Assembly (NCBI GenBank): GCA_027310965.1
Contig: DAICZW010000003.1
Location: 1 to 38,644 of the forward strand
Length of the DNA stretch: 38,644 bases
Direction: 5' to 3'
DNA from: a bacterium
Lineage (GTDB): Bacteria; Patescibacteriota; Minisyncoccia; UBA6257; 2-01-FULL-56-20
Shown here one piece after another: positions 30,965 through 38,644 of the stretch (the first letter of the stretch is position 1; every line of letters starts with the position of its first letter). The notes beneath the pieces are model-generated. The model did no database searches and was not told the DNA's origin. It saw only the letters and a list, made by a program, of their open reading frames with translations. The position numbers and the translations under genes are program-made.

Positions 30965-32188
30965 TTAGTCCTTGATGCAACGGGCAGAAAACCCGTAGGC
31001 GCGGTAATCGTAATTCGCGGGGACCACGAAGCTCGAGTGGAAGGCGAAGTTGTAGGCGTTCGTGCCGTCGATGGAAGACGACCAGTAGTAGCCGCTCGCG
31101 CCCTGACCAGCAAACAAAGCGTCGGAGGGATCGCGGAGACCGGCATCGGTGAGTTTGAGGGTTGTGTTGTACAAAGCCGTATCGCATCCCGAGGAGCAGG
31201 AAGCAAGGCCGACGGCGCTCACCCAATTGCTCCATTGCGTCTGAGTTGGGATGCTCCATCCGATCGGGCAGGGATTGTTGATGGCGGTGCTGGTACCCTG
31301 CCAGAGGTTGTCATTCTGGGGGGAACGCCAGTCATAAGGGGAATTGGGGGCTTCGATGAAGTCGGCATTGCCGGGAACATCGGTGCTACTGAGGGTGGTT
31401 GTTGCGGTGCTGGTCGTTATCTGATGGCCGTCCGTCAGGCGTCCCCATTGGTAGAGCCATCCATAGGCGGAGGAATCGGTGACGGATTGTGCGATGTTGG
31501 CGGTGCCGAGATTACTGGCGAGCCAGCAATTGCCGTCCTCGCCAATGACGGTATGGTAGATGGTGGTGTCGGGAGCAAGGCCGGTGACGGTACTTTCGCC
31601 GCAGACAAAGATCGGCGATCCCGCGCCTACGGTAAAGGGAGATTGCGCTTGGAATTTCTGCGATTCCGCGTTGGCGAAGACCTCCCAATTGGTGCCGCCG
31701 GTCACATAGGTATAATAGAGGTTCGAGGAGGATTGATTCACGGGATCCACGGGAAGGGAACCCAGCAGGGAGCCGAACGATGCCTTCGTGAAATTGACAG
31801 GAATCCAGCCGGTGCCGTCGACATGCGTATAGGTGGAAGATGCCGCGCAATGAAAGGATCCTCCCGAGGGGAAGCCCAGTCCCGAACAGTCGGTGCCGGC
31901 GGTCGTCGTCGCCGTCGGATCGGGAATGGAGAGATAGGTGACGGACGAAGAGCCGAGGGAGAATCCTATGAATCCTCCTGTGTCCGCGACATAGGCATTG
32001 AGGGCGGTCGTGAGGGCGCTCAGATCGGAAAGACGGTTGCTGTCCCTGCTTTGTTTCAGGAGTTCGGAGGGATTCAGGACCATAACGACCGCCACCATGA
32101 GGACGGCGATGATGGCGATCACGACGAGAAGCTCTATGAGGGTGAAGGCGGAACGGGATGCTTTGTTTGTTGTTCTTTTCGTCTTCAT
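30965..32188 (-). CDS. type IV pilin-like protein with large C-terminal FISUMP (Fibrobacter succinogenes major paralogous, TIGR02145-like) domain
   Basis: Prepilin N-terminus MKTKRTTNKASRSA|FTLIELLVVIAIIAVLMV. C-terminal motifs are GNCWLASNLG, GWLYQWGR, CPIGWSIPT, GYYWSSS and YGFSARCIKD. Confidence 0.85.
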   Translation of the reverse strand: MKTKRTTNKASRSAFTLIELLVVIAIIAVLMVAVVMVLNPSELLKQSRDSNRLSDLSALTTALNAYVADTGGFIGFSLGSSSVTYLSIPDPTATTTAGTDCSGLGFPSGGSFHCAASSTYTHVDGTGWIPVNFTKASFGSLLGSLPVDPVNQSSSNLYYTYVTGGTNWEVFANAESQKFQAQSPFTVGAGSPIFVCGESTVTGLAPDTTIYHTVIGEDGNCWLASNLGTANIAQSVTDSSAYGWLYQWGRLTDGHQITTSTATTTLSSTDVPGNADFIEAPNSPYDWRSPQNDNLWQGTSTAINNPCPIGWSIPTQTQWSNWVSAVGLASCSSGCDTALYNTTLKLTDAGLRDPSDALFAGQGASGYYWSSSIDGTNAYNFAFHSSFVVPANYDYRAYGFSARCIKD

Positions 32189-32371
32189 GGGAGGGAGAAG
32201 AAAGGAAATGAAAGAAGCGGGGTTACTCTCTCTCGTGGGGGAGGCTTACTTTTTTGATGCGGTGTCTATAGTCATGATGGGTTGTTTGCGACGACTGAAC
32301 TTATTATATTACAACTTATTTAAAGATATGTGCCTTAATTATTATTTTATGGCTTGATCTATTCTATTCAA

Positions 32372-34093
32372 TCATTCTTCCTCCGTTATGCGGATTACTT
32401 CTTCTATGGAAACCAATCCTTCAAGCGCCTTTATGACGCCGTCCTGGCGCAACGTGAGCATACCCTGGTTTTTCGCTTCTTTCGTTATTTTTTGCGCGGT
32501 CGGACCGGCATTGATGACGTCTTCAAGCGCGGGCGTCATATGGAAAACTTCGAAGATCGCTTCCCTTCCAAGAATACCCCTTCCTTTGCAGATTTCGCAT
32601 CCCTTCGCGCGCGTGATCTTGTACGGTTCCGGATATTTTGCGCGGACATCTTCCGGAAGTTCCGCGAGCGTCCTTCGGATGACGTCCTGCATATTCTGCG
32701 GCGCCGGTTCAGCCGCCTTGCAGTTGTAACACAGAAGTCCGACGAGCCGCTGGGATATCATAAGGTTCAAAGAAACCGGCAGAAGGAACGGCTCCACTTT
32801 CATGTCGATAAGGCGCGGGATGACGCCGGCGGCATTGTTGGTGTGCAGCGTCGAAAGGACGACGTGCCCCGTAAGCGCCGCCTGCACGGCAAGTCCGGCG
32901 GTCTCCGCATCGCGGATCTCGCCGACCATGACGACATCCGGATCCTGCCGCAATATTTCGCGCAATCCCGCCGCGAAGTCGTAGCCGATCTCCGGCCTCA
33001 CCTGCGACTGGTTGACGCCCGCGACAAAATATTCGACGGGGTCTTCCAAGCTCACGATATTCCTGCTCTCATTGTTCAATGTCTGGAGAAAAGCGTACAG
33101 CGTCGTCGTCTTGCCGGAACCCGTCGGTCCCGTTATAAGAATCATGCCGTACGGCTTCGCAAGCCCTTCTTTCACAATCTCAAGATTCCGGTAAAGGAAC
33201 TGGAGGTTGTCGAAACTCTTCAACCCCGTCGACGGATCAAGCACGCGGAGGGCGACTTTTTCGCCGAGCGGCGTCGGAAAGGTCGCCACGCGGAAATCGA
33301 TGTCTTTATTCAATATTTTTGCGCGGAACCGGCCGTCCTGCGGCACTCTCGTTTCGTCGATTTTTAAACTTGAAATGACTTTAATGCGCGAGACAACGGG
33401 CTGGGCGAGTTCGATGGGAAGCGATGCAACCTGTTTCAGTTCGCCATCGATCCTGAAACGGACACGCAATGTTTTTTCCTGCGGTTCGATGTGGATATCG
33501 GACGCGCGGCCCTGCACCGCTTCACGGAGCGTATCGGCGACGATTTTGACCACCGGCGCATCTTCCGCGCTTGACGCGCTTTCAAGGTTCGCCACTTTAC
33601 GGCCGCCTTCGCCTTCTTTTATATTCAATGACTGCACTGCTTTCGCAATCTCGCTGCGGTAGGGGGAATACCGCCTCAAAACATCCTGCCAGTCGCCGTA
33701 AGAAATGAGATAGACGCCCAAATTGTAACGATTCTGCCGCGCAATGAACTTCACCGCATCCTGCGCTTTCGGATCCTCCGGATGCAGCATGCCGACGATC
33801 AAAGCGTTGTTCTCGAGAGAAAGCGGAATTGTCGCATAAGTCCGCGCCGTTTCCTCCGGCACCGTGACAAAAAGTTTTTCATCGATGCTTTGCGGATCGA
33901 TCTTCTTATAAGGAACCCTTAAAACGGCGCTTTTTATTTCCGCGACCTTCGCATCATCCAAAAGCCGCTGCTTGGCTATGGTCGCCTCGAGGGGCTCTCC
34001 GCTGATGAGCGTATCTCTCTTCAGGCGGTTCGCCGCCGGCGCGTCAAGCAGTCCCTGCTTTTTTATCTGCTCCAAAAGTTCATCGTCGGTCAT
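32372..34093 (-). CDS. pilB: type IV pilus assembly ATPase PilB (GspE family)
   Basis: Walker A GPTGSGKTTT, plus GEIRD and the tetracysteine CYNCK...CEICKG. Start at ATG 34091-34093. Confidence 0.9.
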   Translation of the reverse strand: MTDDELLEQIKKQGLLDAPAANRLKRDTLISGEPLEATIAKQRLLDDAKVAEIKSAVLRVPYKKIDPQSIDEKLFVTVPEETARTYATIPLSLENNALIVGMLHPEDPKAQDAVKFIARQNRYNLGVYLISYGDWQDVLRRYSPYRSEIAKAVQSLNIKEGEGGRKVANLESASSAEDAPVVKIVADTLREAVQGRASDIHIEPQEKTLRVRFRIDGELKQVASLPIELAQPVVSRIKVISSLKIDETRVPQDGRFRAKILNKDIDFRVATFPTPLGEKVALRVLDPSTGLKSFDNLQFLYRNLEIVKEGLAKPYGMILITGPTGSGKTTTLYAFLQTLNNESRNIVSLEDPVEYFVAGVNQSQVRPEIGYDFAAGLREILRQDPDVVMVGEIRDAETAGLAVQAALTGHVVLSTLHTNNAAGVIPRLIDMKVEPFLLPVSLNLMISQRLVGLLCYNCKAAEPAPQNMQDVIRRTLAELPEDVRAKYPEPYKITRAKGCEICKGRGILGREAIFEVFHMTPALEDVINAGPTAQKITKEAKNQGMLTLRQDGVIKALEGLVSIEEVIRITEEE

Positions 34094-34217
34094 GATATGA
34101 TGTTCTAATGTTGTAATAAAAAAATAAAACGCTTCATTCATCCGACGCAATTCTTATTGCGTCGTCCGCCCGAAGGAGGGAGTCCATACTTCCGATCTTT
34201 TTTCTTAATTTTTCAAA

Positions 34218-34252
34218 ATGTGAATCGTCCAGCCAAACCGGACGATGACAGG
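34218..34252 (-). repeat. REP-like short hairpin element
   Basis: The plus strand reads ATGTGA-ATCGTCCAGcc-aaa-ccGGACGAT-GACAGG. The flanks match the other copies, but the stem sequence is different. Confidence 0.6.
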
Positions 34253-34257
34253 AGGAA

Positions 34258-34294
34258 ACTTTCTTATTATTTTTTTTCAAATGCGTAAGTCCTA
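34258..34294 (-). repeat. solo left-end fragment of the ~170-nt element (copy D)
   Basis: The minus strand reads ATAGGACTTACGCATTTGAAAAAAAATAATAAGAAA, matching the first ~37 nt of copies A, B and C. It ends 2 nt from the stop of the 99-aa gene. Confidence 0.7.
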
Positions 34295-34296
34295 TT

Positions 34297-34596
34297 TTAT
34301 TGCGGAGGAATGAACGGATTACTGCGGCCGGTCGAGGACGGAACCGTCGAAGACGGAACATATTGCTTCAAAGATTGGAAAAGCGGGTTCTGTGTCACCG
34401 CCGATGCATGGATCGTGATTCCGGCAAGAGAAGTGGTCGATGCGAAATTCGCGGAAGGCGCAACGATAACCGATTCGGGTGCCGCGAAAAAAAGATAATA
34501 AACCGCCCCGACCCCGACTGCGATAAACACAAGCCATCCTATAACGCTCATAATGCTCCCGCTGCTGTTTTTTTCTTCTTCAATGACAATAGCCAT
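34297..34596 (-). CDS. small single-pass membrane protein in the pilus operon (function unknown)
   Basis: 99 aa with TM helix VIGWLVFIAVGVGAVYYLFF. It sits between the pilO-like gene and pilB. Confidence 0.6.
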   Translation of the reverse strand: MAIVIEEEKNSSGSIMSVIGWLVFIAVGVGAVYYLFFAAPESVIVAPSANFASTTSLAGITIHASAVTQNPLFQSLKQYVPSSTVPSSTGRSNPFIPPQ

Positions 34597-34684
34597 GGTG
34601 TTATATTTTAGTGTTTTAATGTTGTAATTGTTTTAACGAAAAGCTCAGCGCTCTATCGCCATAACATTACAACATGAGAACTTT
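34597..34684 (-). repeat. IG-1 spacer element, copy g
   Basis: GGTGTTATATTTTAGTGTTTTAATGTTGTAATTG ... CATAACATTACAACATGAG. Confidence 0.75.
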
Positions 34685-35290
34685 TTAAGGCATTTGGTAA
34701 TATGCGACGATGGTCAGCTCGTAATTGAAATTATCCTGGTTGTTCGCCGCGTTTTGCGGTGCGGACTGGGCGGGCTGAATGGAAATATTTTTCATGTCGA
34801 AAATCCTGATGTTCGTCTCCAGTTCCGAAAGAAAATTCTTGAAATCCTCGTAACTGCCGTTCGCCTCAATGGCGAAAGAAATGCTGTCGAGAGGCTTCAC
34901 GATTGACGGCGCGGAAACGTCCATTTCTGTAGTGGAGGACGCTATAACGGGCGCAAGCGCAATATTCATGGTCAGTATGTTTATGTTATTAGTTCCGGCA
35001 ATGCCGTATATCTGGTTAAGGGCGCCGGAAATATCCTCTTCGGATGGAAGCGCGAGCGCGACCGTTCCCGCCGTCTGGCTTTCGCTCTTATAACTCGCAA
35101 CCAATTGCTGCACCTGCTGCGTCGTCGAAGCTTCCTGTAACAAAATATTCTGCTCGCTCGCCGCTTTTCCCCTTAATGCCTGCATGTCGCCATACGCCGG
35201 CGACACGACGTCGAAATAAACAATGAAGGCCGCAATAAGGAAGGTGAGGGAAACCAGCATGCCTACGAGTCTTTTGGTGGTTTGTTTCAT
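34685..35290 (-). CDS. pilO: PilO-like pilus assembly protein
   Basis: 201 aa with an N-terminal TM, a coiled segment and a C-terminal ferredoxin-like region. Assigned from its position after pilM/pilN. Confidence 0.6.
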   Translation of the reverse strand: MKQTTKRLVGMLVSLTFLIAAFIVYFDVVSPAYGDMQALRGKAASEQNILLQEASTTQQVQQLVASYKSESQTAGTVALALPSEEDISGALNQIYGIAGTNNINILTMNIALAPVIASSTTEMDVSAPSIVKPLDSISFAIEANGSYEDFKNFLSELETNIRIFDMKNISIQPAQSAPQNAANNQDNFNYELTIVAYYQMP

Positions 35291-35319
35291 GAAAAAATTA
35301 AGTTCGTTTTTCCGTAACG

Positions 35320-35886
35320 CTATGCGTTGTTATTATCGGAAAGAATCGAAGCGTTCATAAAAAGAGTGACATTCGCCGCCTGCCATGAACCATTATTTAC
35401 TTTCATGGGAGCGATGCCGGTAACGGTGATACGCGACACTTCCGGCGACGATTCAAAAATGGAAATCTGCTGGTTAAGATCGTCCTGAGTCTTCGCGACC
35501 ACAGTGATCGTCGCCTGGCCCGTGGAAGAAAAAACGATCTGGGAATAATACGCATTCGCCTCCGTGTTGCTTTCGAGCCACGAAAGGAATGGCGTGAAAA
35601 CAACATGGTTCTTCAGCAATACCTGCAAATGGGAAAGTTGGGAATAAAAATCAATCAGGGCGGTCTGATCTGCGGCAGGAACCGTCGTGCTGGCGGAATT
35701 TATTTTTGTTTCAAGGCCGGTTATTTGTGAATTCAAATAAGGTTCATATCCTGCGACAATTCCGAAATAAATAAGAATCATAAGGAAAAAGGCCCCCGCG
35801 GAAAAGAAAAGCAGACCCGAAGACCATCCCGGGGTCTGGGACTCGTCATGGCTTAAGCGGTCGATAACTTGTTGCGGAAGTGCCAT
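35320..35886 (-). CDS. pilN: PilN-like pilus assembly protein
   Basis: 188 aa from ATG 35884-35886. It has a cytoplasmic N-tail, a TM helix (LLFFSAGAFFLMILIYFGIV) and a periplasmic-type domain. Confidence 0.55.
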   Translation of the reverse strand: MALPQQVIDRLSHDESQTPGWSSGLLFFSAGAFFLMILIYFGIVAGYEPYLNSQITGLETKINSASTTVPAADQTALIDFYSQLSHLQVLLKNHVVFTPFLSWLESNTEANAYYSQIVFSSTGQATITVVAKTQDDLNQQISIFESSPEVSRITVTGIAPMKVNNGSWQAANVTLFMNASILSDNNNA

Positions 35887-35967
35887 AGAATTATATTTTG
35901 GTGTTCCGGCGTCGTAATTGCCGCAATGAAAAAATGAACACTGCAATATTATAACATTATAATCTTT
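35887..35967 (-). repeat. IG-1 spacer element, copy h (more diverged)
   Basis: TTATATTTTGGTGTTCCGGCGTCGTAATTGCCGCAATG ... AACACTGCAATATTATAACATTATAATC. Confidence 0.55.
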
Positions 35968-37053
35968 TTATGCGAACTGCTTCATTCCGAGGCCGAGCGC
36001 AACGCTCATAACTGGATTCAATTCCGGGATCAGCGGCTCGATAGCCGGGTCATGCTCAAAGCCCGCGAACGAATTTGCCCTTACGACAGGAAGCGCGAAT
36101 TCCCTTTCAAAGTACGGCCCTATCCCCAAAAGGTTCGCCCCTCCGCCCGTTATGATCATCCGTTCCGTTTTTTTTGCGGAAGGAAACTGCGCTTTATAAC
36201 CGAACTGCGCCTTCTTCACTTCATTTATTATAGCATCAAGGAACGGAATCATGATTGTGGATAACTCGCGGTTCGGGCCAGTACCTAAAATACCCCGTTC
36301 TTTTTTGAGCTCTTCCGCCCGCAAAGCGTTGATGCCGAGGCTCTCCGCAAGATTCTGCGTGAGCGTTGCCGCCGCAAAGTCGCTTTGTACGTTCCAGGCA
36401 AGCCGGCCATTCTCAAGAAAAATGATATTCGTGGAACGGCTTCCGATATCCACAACGATGGTCGACGTCGGATCGCCGCCGAAAATCCTCGCCAGGCTCA
36501 GACTCTCGATCTCGAGCGCCCGAAGCGAAAGACCCGCCGCCGCGAACATCCTCTGATATTTTTTGATCTGCTCCAAAGGAACGGAAATGAGAAGGATTTT
36601 CTGACGCATGAACCCCTCGTCATCCTGGGACTCCCCGACTTTCAGCCAGTCGAGCGCGACTTCGGAAAGCGGGATCGGAACATACTGCTTTGCCTGATAC
36701 TGTATCGCCTTTTCCATTTCCTGCTGGCTCATATTCGGAAAATCAAGCACGGTCATGAAAGCGGAAAACGGGGCAATCGACGCGACGGCGTCTTTCGTCG
36801 CCGTCCCCATCTCGCGGATGACGGTTTTTAAGAGTTCCGTCACGTCGGATTCGAATATCTTCAAATTACTCGTTTGCAATGCCTGGTTTGCGCGGGCCAA
36901 ATAACCGCTCGATTCAAGGAGCCCGTAATTCACGACAAAAGGCCGCTTGTCGCCCTGTTTCACTTCCACCACCTTGATCGATGTCGTTCCGATATCAACG
37001 CCAAGAGAGGAAGGAAAAACAGTTCTTTTAAAAAGATTAAAAGGGTTTTCCAT
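35968..37053 (-). CDS. pilM: type IV pilus assembly protein PilM (actin-like ATPase fold)
   Basis: Motifs LGVDIGTTSIKVVE, VVDIGSRSTNIIF and ITGGGANL. Confidence 0.85.
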   Translation of the reverse strand: MENPFNLFKRTVFPSSLGVDIGTTSIKVVEVKQGDKRPFVVNYGLLESSGYLARANQALQTSNLKIFESDVTELLKTVIREMGTATKDAVASIAPFSAFMTVLDFPNMSQQEMEKAIQYQAKQYVPIPLSEVALDWLKVGESQDDEGFMRQKILLISVPLEQIKKYQRMFAAAGLSLRALEIESLSLARIFGGDPTSTIVVDIGSRSTNIIFLENGRLAWNVQSDFAAATLTQNLAESLGINALRAEELKKERGILGTGPNRELSTIMIPFLDAIINEVKKAQFGYKAQFPSAKKTERMIITGGGANLLGIGPYFEREFALPVVRANSFAGFEHDPAIEPLIPELNPVMSVALGLGMKQFA

Positions 37054-37070
37054 GATCTTGATATTTCTTC

Positions 37071-37076
37071 TATTAT
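37071..37076 (+). promoter_or_regulatory. -10-like TATTAT, 6 nt before the comF ATG (leaderless geometry)
   Basis: TATTAT-catact-ATG(37083). Confidence 0.3.
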
Positions 37077-37082
37077 CATACT

Positions 37083-37847
37083 ATGAAATTCGATTTTTTT
37101 ATAGATATGCTGTTTCCGCGGCGATGCCTCCGCTGCCGCGACGCGGTAAAAAACGGCGTTCTCTGTCCCCTCTGCCGCGCAGGCATCGCGGTGCACGCAT
37201 CATTTTTTTGCGGACAATGCAAAGCGCGGATACCAACAGAAACCGGTCACGAAACGGACCCTCAGACTGGTTCAGGCCGCATTTCAAAAATATGCCACAA
37301 AGATTTTCCCTATGTTCTCGGCGCCGCGGCATCGTACGGCGATGAAACCATGCGGACGCTCATCCATCATCTCAAATTCCGCGGCGTCCGGAGCGCGGCG
37401 GAACCGCTTGCGGCGATCATGGCGGAATATCTCTTGAAAACGGGGATAGATTGCGCGGGTTATTGCATTATTCCCGTTCCTCTTTCCGCAAAACGGGAAC
37501 GGGAACGCGGGTTCAACCAGTCGGAACTCATCGGAAAAATACTTGCCGGGCATCTCGCCATTCCGAATTTTTCACGGGGGAAATCAGGCGGGCATAGCGC
37601 GTCACTCGAAACAAAAATACTTGTCCGCATCCGCCATACCCCGCCGCAAAGTTCAACGGAAAACGCCCGTGAGCGCGAGATGAACGTCCGCGGCTGCTTT
37701 GCGGCGCCACCCGATTCCTTGCGCGGGAAAAATATCATCCTTATCGATGACGTAACGACTTCCGGCGCAACCTTTTTTGAAGCCGCGCGTGCCGTAAAAA
37801 ACGCCGGCGCGAAAAAAATAATCGCGCTTGCGGCGGCCATGGCATAG
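37083..37847 (+). CDS. comFC: ComF-family phosphoribosyltransferase-fold protein
   Basis: N-terminal Cys pairs CLRC..CPLC..CGQC, and the PRT motif IILIDDVTTSGAT. Confidence 0.8.
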   Translation: MKFDFFIDMLFPRRCLRCRDAVKNGVLCPLCRAGIAVHASFFCGQCKARIPTETGHETDPQTGSGRISKICHKDFPYVLGAAASYGDETMRTLIHHLKFRGVRSAAEPLAAIMAEYLLKTGIDCAGYCIIPVPLSAKRERERGFNQSELIGKILAGHLAIPNFSRGKSGGHSASLETKILVRIRHTPPQSSTENAREREMNVRGCFAAPPDSLRGKNIILIDDVTTSGATFFEAARAVKNAGAKKIIALAAAMA

Positions 37848-37949
37848 GAAAGAAGAATATAGAAAAGAGAATATAGAAATCGGATGTTAAAATTCCCCAT
37901 TCTATGCTTCTTTTGGTATTTCCCAAAAAAATGTGATACAATAAAACCA

Positions 37950-38426
37950 ATGGAAGAAGAATTCAAAGTTAAATGGCATGCGCCGGAATTCGAGCACCGC
38001 GAACGGAATGTTTCGTGGTACTGGATATCCATGATCGTTGCCGCGGCCATCATCGCGTTCGCCGTCTGGCAAAAAAACTTCCTTTTCGGCCTCTTTATCG
38101 TCATCGCCGAAATGCTCGTCATCGTGTGGGGAAACCGGACGCCGCGCATAATCCCGTTCCTTCTCACCGATAAAGGCGTGCGGATCGAACCGGGGAAGCT
38201 CCATCTGTTCTCCGAAATGGAAAGTTTCAGCGTCGACGAAGCGCTGCATGACGAGGAATGGGATACCGTCATCTTCCATTTCCACGGCACGTTCAAGCTG
38301 CCGCTCATCATAAAACTGCCGAAAGAAAAGCGCGAGGAAGTGAGAACGCACGTCAAGAAAACGCTCAAGGAAACCGATTACGAACCGTCTTTCCTCGACT
38401 CGCTTGAAAAAATAATCGGATTCTAA
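37950..38426 (+). CDS. hypothetical two-TM membrane protein with a small C-terminal soluble domain
   Basis: 158 aa from ATG 37950, with WYWISMIVAAAIIAFAVW and LFGLFIVIAEMLVIVW. TACAAT lies 7 nt upstream of the ATG. Confidence 0.55.
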   Translation: MEEEFKVKWHAPEFEHRERNVSWYWISMIVAAAIIAFAVWQKNFLFGLFIVIAEMLVIVWGNRTPRIIPFLLTDKGVRIEPGKLHLFSEMESFSVDEALHDEEWDTVIFHFHGTFKLPLIIKLPKEKREEVRTHVKKTLKETDYEPSFLDSLEKIIGF

Positions 38427-38519
38427 TAGTGTTGAAGATGTTATAGTGTTGGGTCGGTCGGGGCGATCTTGTTGTAATGCGCAAGATCATTACAACACTG
38501 CATTCTTATCGCTTCACAT
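38427..38519 (+). repeat. IG-1 spacer element, copy i, ending at the tRNA-Arg 5' end
   Basis: TAGTGTTGAAGATGTTATAGTGTTGG ... GATCTTGTTGTAATGCGCAAGATCATTACAACACTGC. Confidence 0.7.
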
Positions 38520-38591
38520 GCCCTCGTCGTTCAACGGATAGGACGCAAGATTGCGGATCCTGTAATCGAGGTTCGATTCCTCGCGGGGGCA
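38520..38591 (+). tRNA. tRNA-Arg (anticodon GCG as read; one A-C mismatch in the anticodon stem)
   Basis: GCCCTCG-TC-GTTC-AACGGATA-GGAC-G-CAAGA-TTGCGGA-TCCTG-TAAT-CGAGG-TTCGATT-CCTCG-CGGGGGC-A. An A20-type D-loop is present. No CCA is encoded. Confidence 0.75.
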
Positions 38592-38644
38592 CAAATGGTT
38601 TATAATAAACGGACACTCTTTTCTCGATGTCCCAGCCCATCAAC

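Noticed and set aside
30705-31259. 184-aa minus-strand ORF and 69-aa plus-strand ORF (30766-30975) across the tig/pilin spacer
   Set aside because: Their sequences are low-complexity translations of the polypurine/polypyrimidine tract (K/E/R or L/F/S runs). The 184-aa ORF also overlaps the real pilin C-terminus out of frame.
31037-32257. 406-aa plus-strand ORF covering the whole pilin gene in antisense
   Set aside because: Its composition is Gly/Arg/Ala-rich low complexity with no motifs. The opposite strand encodes a protein with clear pilin and FISUMP signatures, so this is a typical shadow ORF of GC-rich coding DNA.
32354-33367. 337-aa plus-strand ORF antisense to pilB. The same class includes 3736-4569, 4853-5611, 14751-15554, 24976-25725 and 25541-26308.
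   Set aside because: All are Arg-rich antisense shadows of genes with unambiguous family motifs on the other strand.
37460-38368. 302-aa minus-strand ORF spanning comF and the following gene
   Set aside because: It is antisense to two ORFs with good family or TM features. It crosses an intergenic region and has no recognisable domains.
1-38644. Alternative genetic code (UGA recoding, as in some CPR lineages)
   Set aside because: Several well-conserved genes (tkt N-terminal subunit, the RibD_C-like gene, sod) terminate at TGA at the expected protein length. No conserved gene needs read-through of any stop.

Overview
This 38.6-kb chromosomal segment looks like it comes from a small-genome Patescibacteria/CPR-type bacterium. 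That is an inference from gene content only: split transketolase, a type IV pilus locus with a FISUMP-domain pilin, lamin-tail-domain and M23 surface proteins, a GAD-less AspRS, a PPIase-less trigger factor, and no Shine-Dalgarno in front of ordinary genes. I call about 36 protein genes and 3 tRNAs (Thr-CGT, Gln-TTG, Arg-GCG). I see no rRNA, CRISPR array, recognisable transposase or known defence genes. TGA is used as a stop, so this is the standard code. Gene blocks, in order: (1) rpmG and tRNA-Thr. (2) A minus-strand sugar-phosphate operon (fba, pfkB-type kinase, split tkt, rpe, rpiB, gap), interrupted by a plus-strand GGDEF gene and a low-GC RibD_C/DHFR-like gene. (3) DUF192 and a SpoU methyltransferase. 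(4) Three large or anchored surface proteins (M23+FN3, PsbP-like, 2x LTD). (5) ndk, aspS, mgtC, a small basic ORF with def and fmt, and sod. (6) tRNA-Gln, PAP2, DUF2127 and a PcsB-like coiled-coil/C39 protein. (7) A TylF methyltransferase, a CofE-like ligase and a diverged PALP enzyme. (8) An AI-2E permease and tig. (9) pilin, pilB, a 99-aa TM protein, pilO, pilN and pilM, with divergent comF. The most unusual content is non-coding. (a) A strictly transcript-oriented family of spacer elements made of GTTGTAATGTT / AACATTACAAC-type words links stop codons to the next start codon inside operons, with an interleaved A-B-A'-B' complementarity. (b) A ~170-nt terminally inverted, hairpin-rich element occurs in 3 full copies plus fragments, and its right end abuts the starts of aspS, tig and the LTD gene. 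(c) A short REP-like hairpin family shows stem covariation. (d) -10-like hexamers sit 6-7 nt before many start codons, a leaderless geometry. (e) A 720-bp gene-free region holds the only two canonical SD-ATG units I found upstream of any start in the window (a few isolated GGAGG strings lie elsewhere), each driving a 9-13 codon mini-ORF. All functional readings of these elements are hypotheses; only the sequence patterns are directly observed.
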